A DNA stretch of 64,000 nt, taken from contig OX639973.1 of the NCBI GenBank assembly GCA_951828385.1, forward strand, positions 1,728,470 through 1,792,469, written 5' to 3'. A model generated the notes under the pieces. That model did no database searches and was not told the DNA's origin. It saw nothing but the letters and a program-made list of their open reading frames with translations. Positions 49,001-58,896 of the stretch are shown one piece after another. The stretch's first letter is position 1; each line of letters begins with the position of its first letter. Made by a program: the position numbers and the translations under genes. The stretch comes from an uncultured Poribacteria bacterium. Lineage in GTDB: Bacteria; Poribacteria; WGA-4E; WGA-3G.

Positions 49001-49322
49001 CGACCTTTTTTTCAATCCACTCGGCGCAAGCTCTGGCGACCTCTTTTTGGGGAAGATAGTTTTGGAGTTTTAACCCAGTTTCGGTAAGTTGGAACGCCTT
49101 GCTTTCGGTTTTGTCGGGATCAATGTGAATAAAACTGGGTTCACCGAACAAGAAACGGAGTCCTTTGATACTTGTTAATTCGTCTCTGAGTTTGTCGAAG
49201 GCGTAAATCGTGAAATAGGCGGAGACAATGGAGAGATCAGAACCGTCTTGGATTTTATCTCGCAGAAAATCGGCGACGGTGCCGTACATGCTGTTGTCTC
49301 GGATACGGGAGGTTTTTGACAT
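46056..49322 (-). CDS. PLD(HKD)-nuclease plus SNF2-like helicase
   Basis: LHGKMY...IGSSNFT; DSVGLGKT; IDESHN; SATP; SEGQNLQ; QRFGRIDRIG. Confidence 0.9.
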   Translation of the reverse strand: MSKTSRIRDNSMYGTVADFLRDKIQDGSDLSIVSAYFTIYAFDKLRDELTSIKGLRFLFGEPSFIHIDPDKTESKAFQLTETGLKLQNYLPQKEVARACAEWIEKKVEIRSVRKSNFLHGKMYYIENDRTEDAIIGSSNFTVRGLGLSEKASNIELNLEVDSKSDCADLKTWFDNLWESDQVADVKAQVLQTLKNAYQDKAPEFIYYKTLYHLFENILADASDMQFAEANPSFLETEIWQKLYAFQKHGVQACLQKLKAHNGCIIADSVGLGKTYEALAIIKYFELRNANVLVLCPKKLEKNWTLYPIHFRRKRNPLKADRFRYNVLAHTDLSRDSGESNGIDLAQHEWDGYDLIVIDESHNFRNRGARYEKLMEDVIQSGGKTQVLMLSATPVNNRLTDLDNQICLITEDRDDAFRQTGIPSIKGTLNAAQSRFDTWTTETEQIPKNSQQHESLAESLNADFFPLLDRLTIARSRTHVINFYENAIEEVGQFPDREPPQSIFPEIDLQGKFPTYQTISHQIDGYRLAIFNPSRYIRQECRHHYGERLLQQREFNLIGMMKVNFLKRLESSVHSFASTLERTIENIKARASEIQDFLNATASVVSENGFDPFAETTEEYGEDDELQTGVQAGKNQTYRYEHLDLDAWLADLHDDRTQLDKIYKIAQNITSDRDAKLEQLKQLIAAKVQNPAKNRCGKENRKVLVFTAFADTANYLYDNLYEWAKETLNIESAVVTGGASRSELVRNDFDEILTNFSPISKERDEGETEGEDELPEIDLLIATDCISEGQNLQDCDYLINYDIHWNPVRIIQRFGRIDRIGSKNKKIHLINFWPTPELDAYINLKPRVEARMALVNLTATGDDDLLSLTEKESMEQVWSHRDEQLRRMQTDILDFEDIEEQLNLNQFTLDDFRAQLLNYLRENEAKLRDAPLGLYAVTAPLTHDGTPVNIKPGVIFCLKQTDEAEDSEEGKKLNPIHPYYLVHISDDGEISIGFTNPKRILERFSILCVGKTNHDQELCNYFNEETDNGNDMTIYEMLLDVALNSIRKEYNQKVNDQLDASPDALLPTADSQITEKTEFELVTWLVIRH

Positions 49323-49489
49323 TGTATTCTTTTTCCGAAAGTTTCTATAAATATATTATCATTTCAGGGTCGCTCCTACAGCGATCACTTTTTATGATAC
49401 CAATTCTGTTCATAATTTGCAAGCATAAAAACTCAAAATGTGCTATACTAATTGCATTGCAAATTGGAATATAAACATAGGAGCAAAAA

Positions 49490-52192
49490 ATGAGAAAATT
49501 AACGCTATGCATAGCGATATTCCTCTGTTTAGGAATCGCCGCACACAATAGCAGTGCAAAAGAACTTACATTAGACGATATTTTCCCAACCGATCGGGTT
49601 ATAGATGTGCAAATCACCGTTTCGGATAAGGATTGGAATACGATTCGATATCAGTCACGGAATTTTATGACTGCGTTGAACGAGAAACGGCAGTTCGGTC
49701 CGCTGGATCATCCGTATACTTATGTCGAAGCGAGCGTGAGTATTGACGGTGTGGTCTTTCCGAAAGTCGGAATTCGCAAAAAAGGGTTCATCGGTTCGCA
49801 AAGCCATACGCGTCCCTCTCTGAAAATCAAGCTAAATCATATTGACAAAAAGGGGGAGATTGAAGGACTGACGAACCTGACCCTGAATAACAACAAACAA
49901 GATACAAGTTTAGTGAGCCAATTTATGGGGTACGCGCTGTTTAATGCAATCGGATCGCCCGCGCCCCGCTGCGCGTATGCGAAAGTAACAGTGAACGGAA
50001 AAAACCTCGGGATATACGCACACGTAGAGACCATCCGCAAACCGTTATTGAAACGCGCCTTCGGCAACAGCAAGGGCACCCTCTATGAAGGGACAGTAGT
50101 GGATTTTTACGAAAATTGGGAAAACAGTTTTGAACACAAACGTGGTGACGACACACGCGGGAGGGCACAAATTAATGCCTTAATCGACTTGCTCGCGAAC
50201 CGAGAAACAACAGAAGCTGACATCGGTGAATTGGTCGATTTGGAGTCGTTTTACAAATTCTGGGCAACTGAGGGTTTAGTCGGATTCTGGGACGGGTACT
50301 CCGGAAATAAAAACAACTTCTTCGTTTATTTGAACCCGGAAGACAATAAATTTCACTTCATTCCTTGGGGAATGGACTCTATCTTTACAAAGATGAGTAA
50401 ACTTGAGTTCATGAACGACCGGCGAGCACCGATCTCAGTCAAGACGCAGGGTTTGATTGCATACAAATTGTATCAATTCGAGTCTGGTCGGAAACGGTAT
50501 GCAGAAGCACTCACCGAGATTTTAGACAATCATTGGAATGTCCCAGAATTGTTAGCCGCTTTAGACAAAATCGCTGTGATGGTTGAACCCCATTTAGTGT
50601 CTGCGCAACGCGTCATTGAAGAAGAATGGGATAGAGGGGAAAGATGGGGGGACAAGTCTAAGAGACCGACCTTTGAAAGTGAACTCGAGGCAGTCCGAGA
50701 CTTCATCCGCAACCGCAAAAGTGACATACAAGCAGAAATCGCTAACGAGATGCCGGTATGGCGCAGGCGACCGGATCCGCCGTTCGTTATGGGACCTGAA
50801 GGGTTCGATATGAAAAAATTCATTCGATTGCCCGAAGAAGGGTTGTGGCATGCCGCACGCATCGGTGATATTCCAGCAATGAAACGCTACATCGCTGAAG
50901 GTGCCGATGTCAACGCACCAGATGATGATTTAAACATATTTCCGTTAGCATGGAGCGTACTTCATGGACAAACCGAAGCGACCCGGCTTCTTATTGAAAA
51001 TGGTGCTGACGTTAATATGAAAGACGATAACGGTAGCACACCCTTGCACGGTGCCGCAGTTTTCGGTAGAGCAGATGTCGCAAAACTTCTTGTTGAGAAC
51101 GGCGCAAACCTACAGGTACGCAACGACGATGGCGGAACACCAGCCGATGCCTTGCATCTTGATTGGGGAACAACAGCGTTCATTGGCGGTATGGTAGGTG
51201 TAGAGGTCAAGGATGAAATTGCAGTCATGCAAACAGGTAGAAATGAGATTGCGAAACTCTTTGGGGTCAAAGAATTTGACAGCAAGGGCATATCCTCCGC
51301 CCAGGATCTATCGGGAGCAGTATTTATTGGGAATCTCGCAGCAGTTAAACAAGCACTCACAGATGGAGCAGACCCTAATGGGATGGATCCGCAATCCGGA
51401 AGTACAATACTGTCGATTGCTGCCCTGATGGGGCACACGGAAATTGTAGCACTCCTCCTTGAACACGGCGCAGATGTCAATGCGAAAAGTCGGGACGGTG
51501 GAACGGCACTGCATGCGGCAGCTTTCCTGGGACGTGCTGAAGCAGCAGAACTGCTCCTTGAGAAAGGCGCAGATACGACACTCCCAAATAATACGGGCAG
51601 CACAGCAATAGATGGAGCAAAACTGGACTGGGAGTTTACCAAAGCCATCATCAGTATGATACAAATTGAGGTGGACGAGGCAGAGGTGAAAGTCGGCAGA
51701 ACCAAAGTTATCCAACTGCTCTCTGAACGACCCAATAAGCCATCCGAATCACACAACTTATGGAAAGCAGCTGCGGCAGGCGATCTTTCGGCTATCAAAG
51801 ACGCTTTAGACGATAGTGCAGATCTGAACGCACAGGATCCACAATTCGGAATCACACCGCTGGCATGGGCAGCACTCATGGGACAGACCAAAGTTGCAGC
51901 ACTCCTCCTTGAAAACGGTGTAGATATTAATGTGAGAAATCGGGACGGTGCCACTCCATTACACTCGGCGGCTTTTCTTGGACATATCGAAACAGTGAAA
52001 TTACTGCTTGAGAGAGGTGCCGATACTACGCTCCAAAATAATGACGGCGCAACACCTATGGATACAACACAAGTCGACTGGCAGTTGACCCAGTTTGTGG
52101 CTGGGCTATTGCAAATAGAGATAGACGAATCAGAAGTGAAAGCGGGTAGAACCGAGGTTATAAAACTTATCTCTCGCCACAATAAGAGATAA
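49490..52192 (+). CDS. Exported CotH kinase domain plus ankyrin repeat protein
   Basis: Signal peptide; GIRKKG, LTLNN, WDGY..NKNN, FIPWGMD; multiple G.TPLH.AA ankyrin repeats. Confidence 0.85.
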   Translation: MRKLTLCIAIFLCLGIAAHNSSAKELTLDDIFPTDRVIDVQITVSDKDWNTIRYQSRNFMTALNEKRQFGPLDHPYTYVEASVSIDGVVFPKVGIRKKGFIGSQSHTRPSLKIKLNHIDKKGEIEGLTNLTLNNNKQDTSLVSQFMGYALFNAIGSPAPRCAYAKVTVNGKNLGIYAHVETIRKPLLKRAFGNSKGTLYEGTVVDFYENWENSFEHKRGDDTRGRAQINALIDLLANRETTEADIGELVDLESFYKFWATEGLVGFWDGYSGNKNNFFVYLNPEDNKFHFIPWGMDSIFTKMSKLEFMNDRRAPISVKTQGLIAYKLYQFESGRKRYAEALTEILDNHWNVPELLAALDKIAVMVEPHLVSAQRVIEEEWDRGERWGDKSKRPTFESELEAVRDFIRNRKSDIQAEIANEMPVWRRRPDPPFVMGPEGFDMKKFIRLPEEGLWHAARIGDIPAMKRYIAEGADVNAPDDDLNIFPLAWSVLHGQTEATRLLIENGADVNMKDDNGSTPLHGAAVFGRADVAKLLVENGANLQVRNDDGGTPADALHLDWGTTAFIGGMVGVEVKDEIAVMQTGRNEIAKLFGVKEFDSKGISSAQDLSGAVFIGNLAAVKQALTDGADPNGMDPQSGSTILSIAALMGHTEIVALLLEHGADVNAKSRDGGTALHAAAFLGRAEAAELLLEKGADTTLPNNTGSTAIDGAKLDWEFTKAIISMIQIEVDEAEVKVGRTKVIQLLSERPNKPSESHNLWKAAAAGDLSAIKDALDDSADLNAQDPQFGITPLAWAALMGQTKVAALLLENGVDINVRNRDGATPLHSAAFLGHIETVKLLLERGADTTLQNNDGATPMDTTQVDWQLTQFVAGLLQIEIDESEVKAGRTEVIKLISRHNKR

Positions 52193-52214
52193 CCCTACCA
52201 CGGAGGTGGAACAG

Positions 52215-52784
52215 ATGCATAACTCGCAGACCAACCCTGAATCTATTCAAGACAACACAACACACGGAAGCCCGATAACGCCGGAAGAATTTCTTGAAAA
52301 CGATTTCGAGGGGTATGAATATGTAAAAGGAGAATTAGTTCCTATGGCACCTCCATCCATGGAACATGGTGAAATAAGTATCAAGGTGATTCGGTATTTG
52401 GATTTACATGTTCATACACATCAGTTGGGACATCTGTACACTGCTGAAACTACGTTCCAATTGGGGGACCGCGTCGTGAAACCAGATGTTGCGTTTGTTT
52501 CAACAAACCGGCTGCCCGAGGACAGGCGTCAGGGGTCGCCTGTACCGCCGGATCTCGCCGTAGAAATAGTCTCACCGTCAGACAAACACTACGATATCAC
52601 TGAAAAAGCGTTCGCTTACCTAAAAGCAGGTACACGTCTCGTCTGGGTTATTGAACCGGTCGCAAAGACGGTAATGGTCTATCGTTCTGAAACAGATTTC
52701 ACACTGCTTACCTGTGAAGATACACTGACAGGTGAAGATGTTGTCGAAGGGTTTACGTGTTCAGTTGCACAGTTGTTTGAATAA
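52215..52784 (+). CDS. Uma2 family endonuclease-fold protein
   Basis: EYVKGELV, KPDVAFV, PDLAVEIVSPS, GTRLVWVI. Confidence 0.9.
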   Translation: MHNSQTNPESIQDNTTHGSPITPEEFLENDFEGYEYVKGELVPMAPPSMEHGEISIKVIRYLDLHVHTHQLGHLYTAETTFQLGDRVVKPDVAFVSTNRLPEDRRQGSPVPPDLAVEIVSPSDKHYDITEKAFAYLKAGTRLVWVIEPVAKTVMVYRSETDFTLLTCEDTLTGEDVVEGFTCSVAQLFE

Positions 52785-52996
52785 GTTCCTGGATTAATAC
52801 AAGAAAACTTATGGTATTTATACCTTTACGCTTAGTCCCCCGAAAAAGTTTGATTCTTTTTATCCTATGTGCTAAAATGTTCTTCACTTCAGTTTACGAG
52901 AGGTTCTCGACGATCTCATTCTTAAGTTTACATGAGATTTATGAACAAGCGGCGAGTTTGGTCCGGCAACACTTGATTAACTGAGGCTCTTAACCC

Positions 52997-53410
52997 ATGC
53001 GCTTAAAAAAATTCAAAACAGAACTAAAAGATTTCACCCAATACTTGCTGAGACAGGAAATTTTAGATCGATTTACTGTCCTAACGCAACGGGAAGACAA
53101 CTGGGATGGATACGACTCAAAAAAACCAACGGAGTTAACCTTAGTTCATGCGAAAAATCTTATGGAGGAATTTTTAGATTCTATCATTTCTGCTGGATAC
53201 TCGTGGCTTAGACCTTTCATTTCCAGTGATGAGGATGGTAACGTAACTGTAGAATGGTCCGAAGGAAAACGCAGATTACATATTCAAATTGGAGAAAATG
53301 AAGCCGAGTATATCCAAGTCTGGGGAATAAATATTGATACGGAGATGCATGTAGATTTTCTAAATCGTGACGATTATCTAACACTTTGGGAATGGTTGCT
53401 TGATGAATAA
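52997..53410 (+). CDS. Hypothetical acidic protein with NWDGY motif, candidate antitoxin
   Basis: DNWDGYD..KP, DEDGNVTVEW; overlaps the next gene. Confidence 0.6.
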   Translation: MRLKKFKTELKDFTQYLLRQEILDRFTVLTQREDNWDGYDSKKPTELTLVHAKNLMEEFLDSIISAGYSWLRPFISSDEDGNVTVEWSEGKRRLHIQIGENEAEYIQVWGINIDTEMHVDFLNRDDYLTLWEWLLDE

Positions 53411-53885
53411 AAATGACTTTATACGGGACGATGAGGTACTCTATCGAAGTATCCGAGGAAGATATGGGGAGGAGTACTCTTATGATAATATAGGAAAACT
53501 CAAAATTAGTAGTGAAGCCTTTCGCGATAGAGAAAGAAAACCATCCGTAGATAGAGCGGAGTTAAAAGAATCTAATCCGTCTTTGTCTAAACGAAATGAC
53601 ACAGATGGTATTGTTAATCTTATTACTGCTGATGTCCGCGCAATAGGAACAGTGAAAACAAAAAATCAGAATATAGATACCATCGTTCACGCCGTAGATG
53701 TCATCTATGATCCCATCCGTGAAAATCCCGCCCATTCAAAAATTATTGTAAATCCTGAGTTCTTTGGTTCAAAAAATAAGCAAAAAAATGTGTTCAAATT
53801 ACTACAGCTTGCGCTTGCGGAACTTGCCGAAAAAAACGGATGGACTGTCAAACCAAATGTAGTAAGTTCAGACCAGCAGGTATAG
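53400..53885 (+). CDS. Hypothetical protein, candidate ART/RES-fold toxin
   Basis: DDEVLYR, AFRD...PSVDR, NPAHS pattern. Confidence 0.55.
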   Translation: MMNKNDFIRDDEVLYRSIRGRYGEEYSYDNIGKLKISSEAFRDRERKPSVDRAELKESNPSLSKRNDTDGIVNLITADVRAIGTVKTKNQNIDTIVHAVDVIYDPIRENPAHSKIIVNPEFFGSKNKQKNVFKLLQLALAELAEKNGWTVKPNVVSSDQQV

Positions 53886-53971
53886 GTACATTTCTACTGA
53901 CAATATATCTGAGTGAATTCAGTAACATCTGCCACGAGAAATAAAATTAAGGTAAACACTACCCATAGGAA

Positions 53972-55954
53972 ATGTATAGCATGGCAAAACCGATTAACTA
54001 CACTGACATCTTAGAAACCGGCGATAGCGAGATTTATGATATCCAAACGCATGCCGCCGGTCCCGAAGGCAGCCTGCCGCTCACGGCGGAGATGCTCCTC
54101 AATCGACCGAGTGGGGACGTATTTGGCTTGACCCACAACGCCGCCATGGGCTGGGCGCCGACAGAACTCCGACGCGAGGAATTCCTGATTCTCAGCACAC
54201 AAGGCGGTATCCGCGCCCCTGATGGCAGCCCGATTGCCCTTGGGTATCACACAGGACACTGGGAGGTCGGGCTTCTCATGCAGGCGGTCGCGCACGAATT
54301 GAAGAACCTCGCGGCGATCCCGTTTGCAGGCTACTGCTCCGACCCGTGTGACGGACGCACCCAAGGCACCGTCGGGATGATGGACAGCCTCGCCTATCGC
54401 AACGATGCTGCACAGATCTTCCGCCGACTCATCCGTTCCCTACCCACACGGAAAGGCGTTGTCGGTGTTGCGACCTGTGATAAAGGCTTGCCCGCGATGA
54501 TGATGGCACTCGCTTCAATGCGCGATCTCCCGGCTGTACTCGTTCCGGGGGGTGTGACATTACCACCCACGACAGGCGAAGACGCTGGAAAAATCCAGAC
54601 GATCGGTGCCCGTTTCGCACACGGTGAAATTAGCCTCCAAGACGCAGCGGATATGGGATGCCGTGCCTGCGCAACCCCTGGCGGCGGCTGCCAATTCCTT
54701 GGAACCGCGGCGACTTCACAAGTTGTCGGTGAAGCGTTAGGGATGAGCCTGACGCATACCGCATTAGCACCCTCTGGTCAGAATATCTGGTCGGATATGG
54801 GACTCCGATCCGCACGTGCTGTCGTGAACTTAGCCGCGAAAGGGTTGACGATGAAGGACATCGTTACACCCGAAGCGATTCGGAACGCCATGGTTGTACA
54901 TGCTGCATTTGGCGGCTCAACCAACCTCCTGTTGCATATCCCTGCCATTGCACACGCCGCTGGACTTGAACGTCCGTCGGTAGACGACTGGACTGAAGTG
55001 AATCAGAGTGTCCCGCGTCTTGTTGATGTCCTGCCGAACGGACCCGTTGGGCATCCGACAATCCGAGTCTTCCTTGCGGGCGGTGTGCCTGAGGTGATGC
55101 TCCATCTGCGTGAATTGGGATGCCTCAACGAAGACGTGCTGACAGCAACAGGCGAAACCCTCGGTAGTAACCTCGATTGGTGGGCAGCCTCTGAACGGCG
55201 TGAACGCGTCCGTCAAACACTGGAGGACAAAGATAACATTGCCCCCGACGCAGTAATTCTAAATCCAGATGCCGCGAAAACAGCAGGATTGACGAGCACT
55301 GTCACATTCCCACGGGGTAGCCTCGCACCAGAGGGATCTGTCATTAAAAGCACTGCTATTGATCCGAATGTCGTTGATGCCGATGGTGTTTATCGGATGA
55401 CAGGACCCGCACGCGTCTTTGTCCGGGAATCCGATGCAATCCAGACCCTTAAAGGTCAAGGTGAGAGGGACATCCAACCTGGGGACATCATGGTACTGTG
55501 TTGCCGCGGTCCGAAAGGCACAGGCATGGAAGAAGTTTATCAGTTGACAGCAGCATTGAAACACCTTTCGTTCGGTAAGAACATTGCCTTGATTACGGAT
55601 GCCCGGTTCTCTGGTGTCTCAACAGGAGCATGTATTGGACACGTCGGACCAGAGGCACTCGCTGGTGGTCCTATCGGGAAAGTGCTTGATGGCGACATAA
55701 TTCAGATTGAGATTGATACCCGGCAACTCGTCGGGAGCATCGATTTGGTTGGACACGGCAATGAGCACTTCGGTGCTGCAGCAGGTGAACGCGTGTTAGC
55801 AGAACGTCAAGCGCGACCCGATCTCTCACCGGACGAGGCGTTACCAGATGATACACGACTCTGGGCAGCACTGCAATCTGTCGGTGGCGGCACATGGGGC
55901 GGCTGTGTCTACGATGTAGACGCGATCCTCAATGCTCTGAATGGTAGTCAGTAG
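53972..55954 (+). CDS. yagF/yjhG: YjhG/YagF family D-xylonate dehydratase (IlvD/Edd superfamily)
   Basis: [43 protein letters not shown]. Confidence 0.9.
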   Translation: MYSMAKPINYTDILETGDSEIYDIQTHAAGPEGSLPLTAEMLLNRPSGDVFGLTHNAAMGWAPTELRREEFLILSTQGGIRAPDGSPIALGYHTGHWEVGLLMQAVAHELKNLAAIPFAGYCSDPCDGRTQGTVGMMDSLAYRNDAAQIFRRLIRSLPTRKGVVGVATCDKGLPAMMMALASMRDLPAVLVPGGVTLPPTTGEDAGKIQTIGARFAHGEISLQDAADMGCRACATPGGGCQFLGTAATSQVVGEALGMSLTHTALAPSGQNIWSDMGLRSARAVVNLAAKGLTMKDIVTPEAIRNAMVVHAAFGGSTNLLLHIPAIAHAAGLERPSVDDWTEVNQSVPRLVDVLPNGPVGHPTIRVFLAGGVPEVMLHLRELGCLNEDVLTATGETLGSNLDWWAASERRERVRQTLEDKDNIAPDAVILNPDAAKTAGLTSTVTFPRGSLAPEGSVIKSTAIDPNVVDADGVYRMTGPARVFVRESDAIQTLKGQGERDIQPGDIMVLCCRGPKGTGMEEVYQLTAALKHLSFGKNIALITDARFSGVSTGACIGHVGPEALAGGPIGKVLDGDIIQIEIDTRQLVGSIDLVGHGNEHFGAAAGERVLAERQARPDLSPDEALPDDTRLWAALQSVGGGTWGGCVYDVDAILNALNGSQ

Positions 55955-56143
55955 TCAGTTTTCAGTGATGTAGCAAAGGAAGGATACTTACTTGAAAGCA
56001 AAAGCAGGTTCCTTGGTTAAGTGCTGATAACCGATAGTCATTCCTCCGATAAGTAGTAACCACTAAAGACGTTTTAGATATAGTAAGAGCGTATCGTTAC
56101 CCTCTTTAACCGATTACTGATAACCAACAACTGATAACTACTC
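55945..56143. repeat. Heptamer (CTGATAA/CAGT-type) short repeats in opposed orientation
   Basis: gtcagtagtcagt ... actgataaccaacaactgataact; similar tracts at 8575-8650 and 57374-57501. Confidence 0.55.
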
Positions 56144-56515
56144 ATGAAGTATTGGATACCGCCGCTGCTGTACATGGCACTCATTTTTGCCGTCTCGTCT
56201 ATGAAGCAACCGCCACTTCCGATGCCAAAATTCGAGTGGCTGACGATTGATAAACTCTACCATTTTATCGAATACGCAATACTCGGTATATTACTGACGC
56301 GGGCGTTTGTGAAAGCGAAGCCTTCGGTAGTGCCATCAAAACTTATATGGCTCATCGCAGCGGCACTCTCAATTCTCTACGGGGCAAGCGATGAGTGGCA
56401 TCAGACGTTTGTCCCTGGTAGGTGTGCTACCCTCGCAGATTGGATCGCAGACGTGCTTGGATCAATCGCCGGAGTGCTGGCAGTCTATCTCTATTATAAA
56501 AAAAAGGGTTCTTAA
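56144..56515 (+). CDS. VanZ family membrane protein
   Basis: DKLYHFIEYAIL, YGASDEWHQTFVPGR, DWIAD. Confidence 0.9.
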   Translation: MKYWIPPLLYMALIFAVSSMKQPPLPMPKFEWLTIDKLYHFIEYAILGILLTRAFVKAKPSVVPSKLIWLIAAALSILYGASDEWHQTFVPGRCATLADWIADVLGSIAGVLAVYLYYKKKGS

Positions 56516-56584
56516 ATATTGGGTTTCCCCTTGGAACGTTAAATAAGAATCTTGCCTGACCGAACCGCAAGGAAAGTTAAAAAT

Positions 56585-57376
56585 ATGCATCCACTTGTTG
56601 AATTGAAGGTACCGGAAGGTTCCGTTGCTGTTCACTGGTTTGAACAGAGTAGTTTTGCTTTGAAGGATCCAACCGGGACCATTGTCCAAATTGATCCCTA
56701 CTTTCCGCGGGAACGTCCCGCGGACCGTTTTATTCATACCGAACCGCCACTCGATGAATCGGCACTTCCAACCGATTTTGTTCTCTTGACACACGCTCAC
56801 GGAGATCACACCTGTCCGGAGTCTATACGTCGGATGTGGGAAACCTCCAGTGAAATACAGTTTGTGGGACCCGAAGAGAGTGTGCGTCAAATCTCAGCAG
56901 AAACAGATGTCGCAGCTGCGAACATCTCGGAGATCCGTGCTGGAGAATCCACAACACTCAACGGTCTCACCGTACATGCCGTTTATGCCAAACCGCCTGA
57001 CGGCGATGCATCCGCTGACATAGCACCCCCGGATGTTACGCATTTGGGATACGTGATTGTTAGCAATGACGTAACACTTTACTTCAGCGGCGATCCAATC
57101 AACAATTTCGCAGAACACGACACACTAATTTCAGCGGTGGCAGCCCATAAACCGGACATCGGTTTCCTGACGAATCATCCAACCGAGGGTGAATTTCCGT
57201 TTTACGACGGGTGCGTCAAAATGGCGACGCGGATCGGACTGAAGCATGCAGTTCCGGTGCATCGCGCCTGTTTCGTCACCCGTGATTATGACCCGAACGA
57301 ATGGGCAGCACAGTTTCCGTCAAGCGGCCCCGAACCATTGATTATTGAGAGAAATTCGCATATTATTTATCAATAG
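56585..57376 (+). CDS. MBL-fold metallo-hydrolase (UlaG-like)
   Basis: IDPYF, THAHGDH, YFSGD, VPVH. Confidence 0.88.
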   Translation: MHPLVELKVPEGSVAVHWFEQSSFALKDPTGTIVQIDPYFPRERPADRFIHTEPPLDESALPTDFVLLTHAHGDHTCPESIRRMWETSSEIQFVGPEESVRQISAETDVAAANISEIRAGESTTLNGLTVHAVYAKPPDGDASADIAPPDVTHLGYVIVSNDVTLYFSGDPINNFAEHDTLISAVAAHKPDIGFLTNHPTEGEFPFYDGCVKMATRIGLKHAVPVHRACFVTRDYDPNEWAAQFPSSGPEPLIIERNSHIIYQ

Positions 57377-57501
57377 TTATCAGTCGTCAGTACGATTTTT
57401 TCTGCGAAAAAATCTTTCAGTTTTCAGAAAGAGACTTTGGAACTATCCAAAACCTCTTGTAACTGATAACTGATAACTAATTCAACCGATAACTGACAAC
57501 T
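57374..57501. repeat. Heptamer repeat element with inverted flanks
   Basis: AGTTATCAGT... / ...ACTGATAACTGATAACT. Confidence 0.6.
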
Positions 57502-57524
57502 CTAAAAAAGGTACAAATACAGAT

Positions 57525-58052
57525 ATGTCGCTTCAAGCACAAAAAACGCCATTGGTTGGTATCGTGATGGGAAGTGATTCCGACTTGGAAAAGATGGCGG
57601 AAGCCGCGAAGGTTTTAGAGGAATTTGAGATCCCATTTGAGATAACGATCTCTTCCGCACACCGTTCACCTGAACGGACAACAGCGTGGACAGAGAAGAT
57701 TAAAGCAGAAGGTGGACAGGTAATTATCGCCGGTGCCGGACGTGCCGCACATCTTGCCGGTGTCATCGCAGCGCATACAACACTGCCAGTCATCGGCGTA
57801 CCGATTGACGGCGGCCCCCTTGACGGTGTTGACGCGCTTTACGCAACGGTTCAGATGCCCCCCGGTATCCCTGTCGGAACAATGGCAATCGGTTCTGGGG
57901 GGGCACGCAATGCTGGACTATTTGCTGTCCAAATTCTGGCACTTCAATTCCCCGAATTGGACGCAAAACTGCTGGCGTATAAAGAAAAACTCAGTGATGG
58001 CGTTGCGGAGAAAGCGGCGCGCCTGCAAAAAGTCGGCTATCAGGATTATTAG
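57525..58052 (+). CDS. purE: N5-CAIR mutase
   Basis: MGSDSD, SAHRSP, AGAGRAAHLAG, VQMPPGIPV. Confidence 0.97.
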   Translation: MSLQAQKTPLVGIVMGSDSDLEKMAEAAKVLEEFEIPFEITISSAHRSPERTTAWTEKIKAEGGQVIIAGAGRAAHLAGVIAAHTTLPVIGVPIDGGPLDGVDALYATVQMPPGIPVGTMAIGSGGARNAGLFAVQILALQFPELDAKLLAYKEKLSDGVAEKAARLQKVGYQDY

Positions 58053-58064
58053 AGGCTGTCAATT

Positions 58065-58748
58065 ATGGAAACCGAAATAACCAAACAGTGGGACAACGAC
58101 ACAGAACTGTTTGATATGATGCAAGAACAGTTATACGCCGCTGTGATTTCGGACGCACTCGACGCAGCGGGGTACCGCGAGCAGGCACTGCGACATACCA
58201 TCCGCCCCCTTACCCCAACCACGGTTGTCGTCGGTCGCGCGATGCCTGTGCTGTGCGTAGAGGTTTACGAGATTCCAGATGAACCGTATCAGCAAGAGAT
58301 TGCAGCAGTGGATAGCCTCAAACACGATGACGTTCTCATCTGCTCAACAAACGGGAGTACCCGCATCTGTTTTTGGGGCGAACTCCTCTCAACGGCAGCC
58401 CGTGCGAGAGGGGCGCGTGGCGCGGTCATTGAAGGGTTTATCCGGGACGCTCGCCAGATCATGGCAATGGGGTTCCCAGTATTCACGACCGGATTGTCGC
58501 CTGTTGACTCAAATGGACGCGGCGATGTCGTGGCGTACAATGTTCCAATCGAATGTGGGGGTGTCACCGTCAATCCCGGCGATATCGTGTTCGGCGATGC
58601 AGACGGGGTCGTTGTTATCCCACAAGCCGTGGAAACAGAGGTGATTGTCGCTGCAGTGGAAAAGGTCAGCGGTGAAAACCGGACTCGCGATGCACTCCGC
58701 AACGGAGCAACATTGCGAGAAGTTTATGACAAATATGGAATTCTATAA
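58065..58748 (+). CDS. RraA/HMG-CHA aldolase family protein
   Basis: ISDALD, WGELLSTAA, G.IRD, PGDIVFGDADGVVVIP. Confidence 0.9.
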   Translation: METEITKQWDNDTELFDMMQEQLYAAVISDALDAAGYREQALRHTIRPLTPTTVVVGRAMPVLCVEVYEIPDEPYQQEIAAVDSLKHDDVLICSTNGSTRICFWGELLSTAARARGARGAVIEGFIRDARQIMAMGFPVFTTGLSPVDSNGRGDVVAYNVPIECGGVTVNPGDIVFGDADGVVVIPQAVETEVIVAAVEKVSGENRTRDALRNGATLREVYDKYGIL

Positions 58749-58840
58749 TTTGTACTATGGTTTGGACAATTTTAAGATGACCCTAAGGCTTCTGATCAGA
58801 TGTTATCTTTCACGGAAAATAGTCCAAAGTTTAGTAATTT

Positions 58841-58867
58841 GTACGGGCGAGGGGATCTTGCCCCTAC
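58841..58867 (-). repeat. GTAG-type REP hairpin
   Basis: Reverse complement GTAGGGGCAAGATCCCCTCGCCCGTAC. Confidence 0.55.
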
Positions 58868-58896
58868 GTTTCTGCCTCTTACTTAGGAGAAAACGA

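Noticed and set aside
50962..52182. 406-aa minus-strand ORF
   Set aside because: Antisense shadow of the ankyrin repeats
58754..58835. Possible further MITE (TTTGGACAATTTT / AAAATAGTCCAAA)
   Set aside because: Only one imperfect pair plus a half copy near 36971; not enough to define a family
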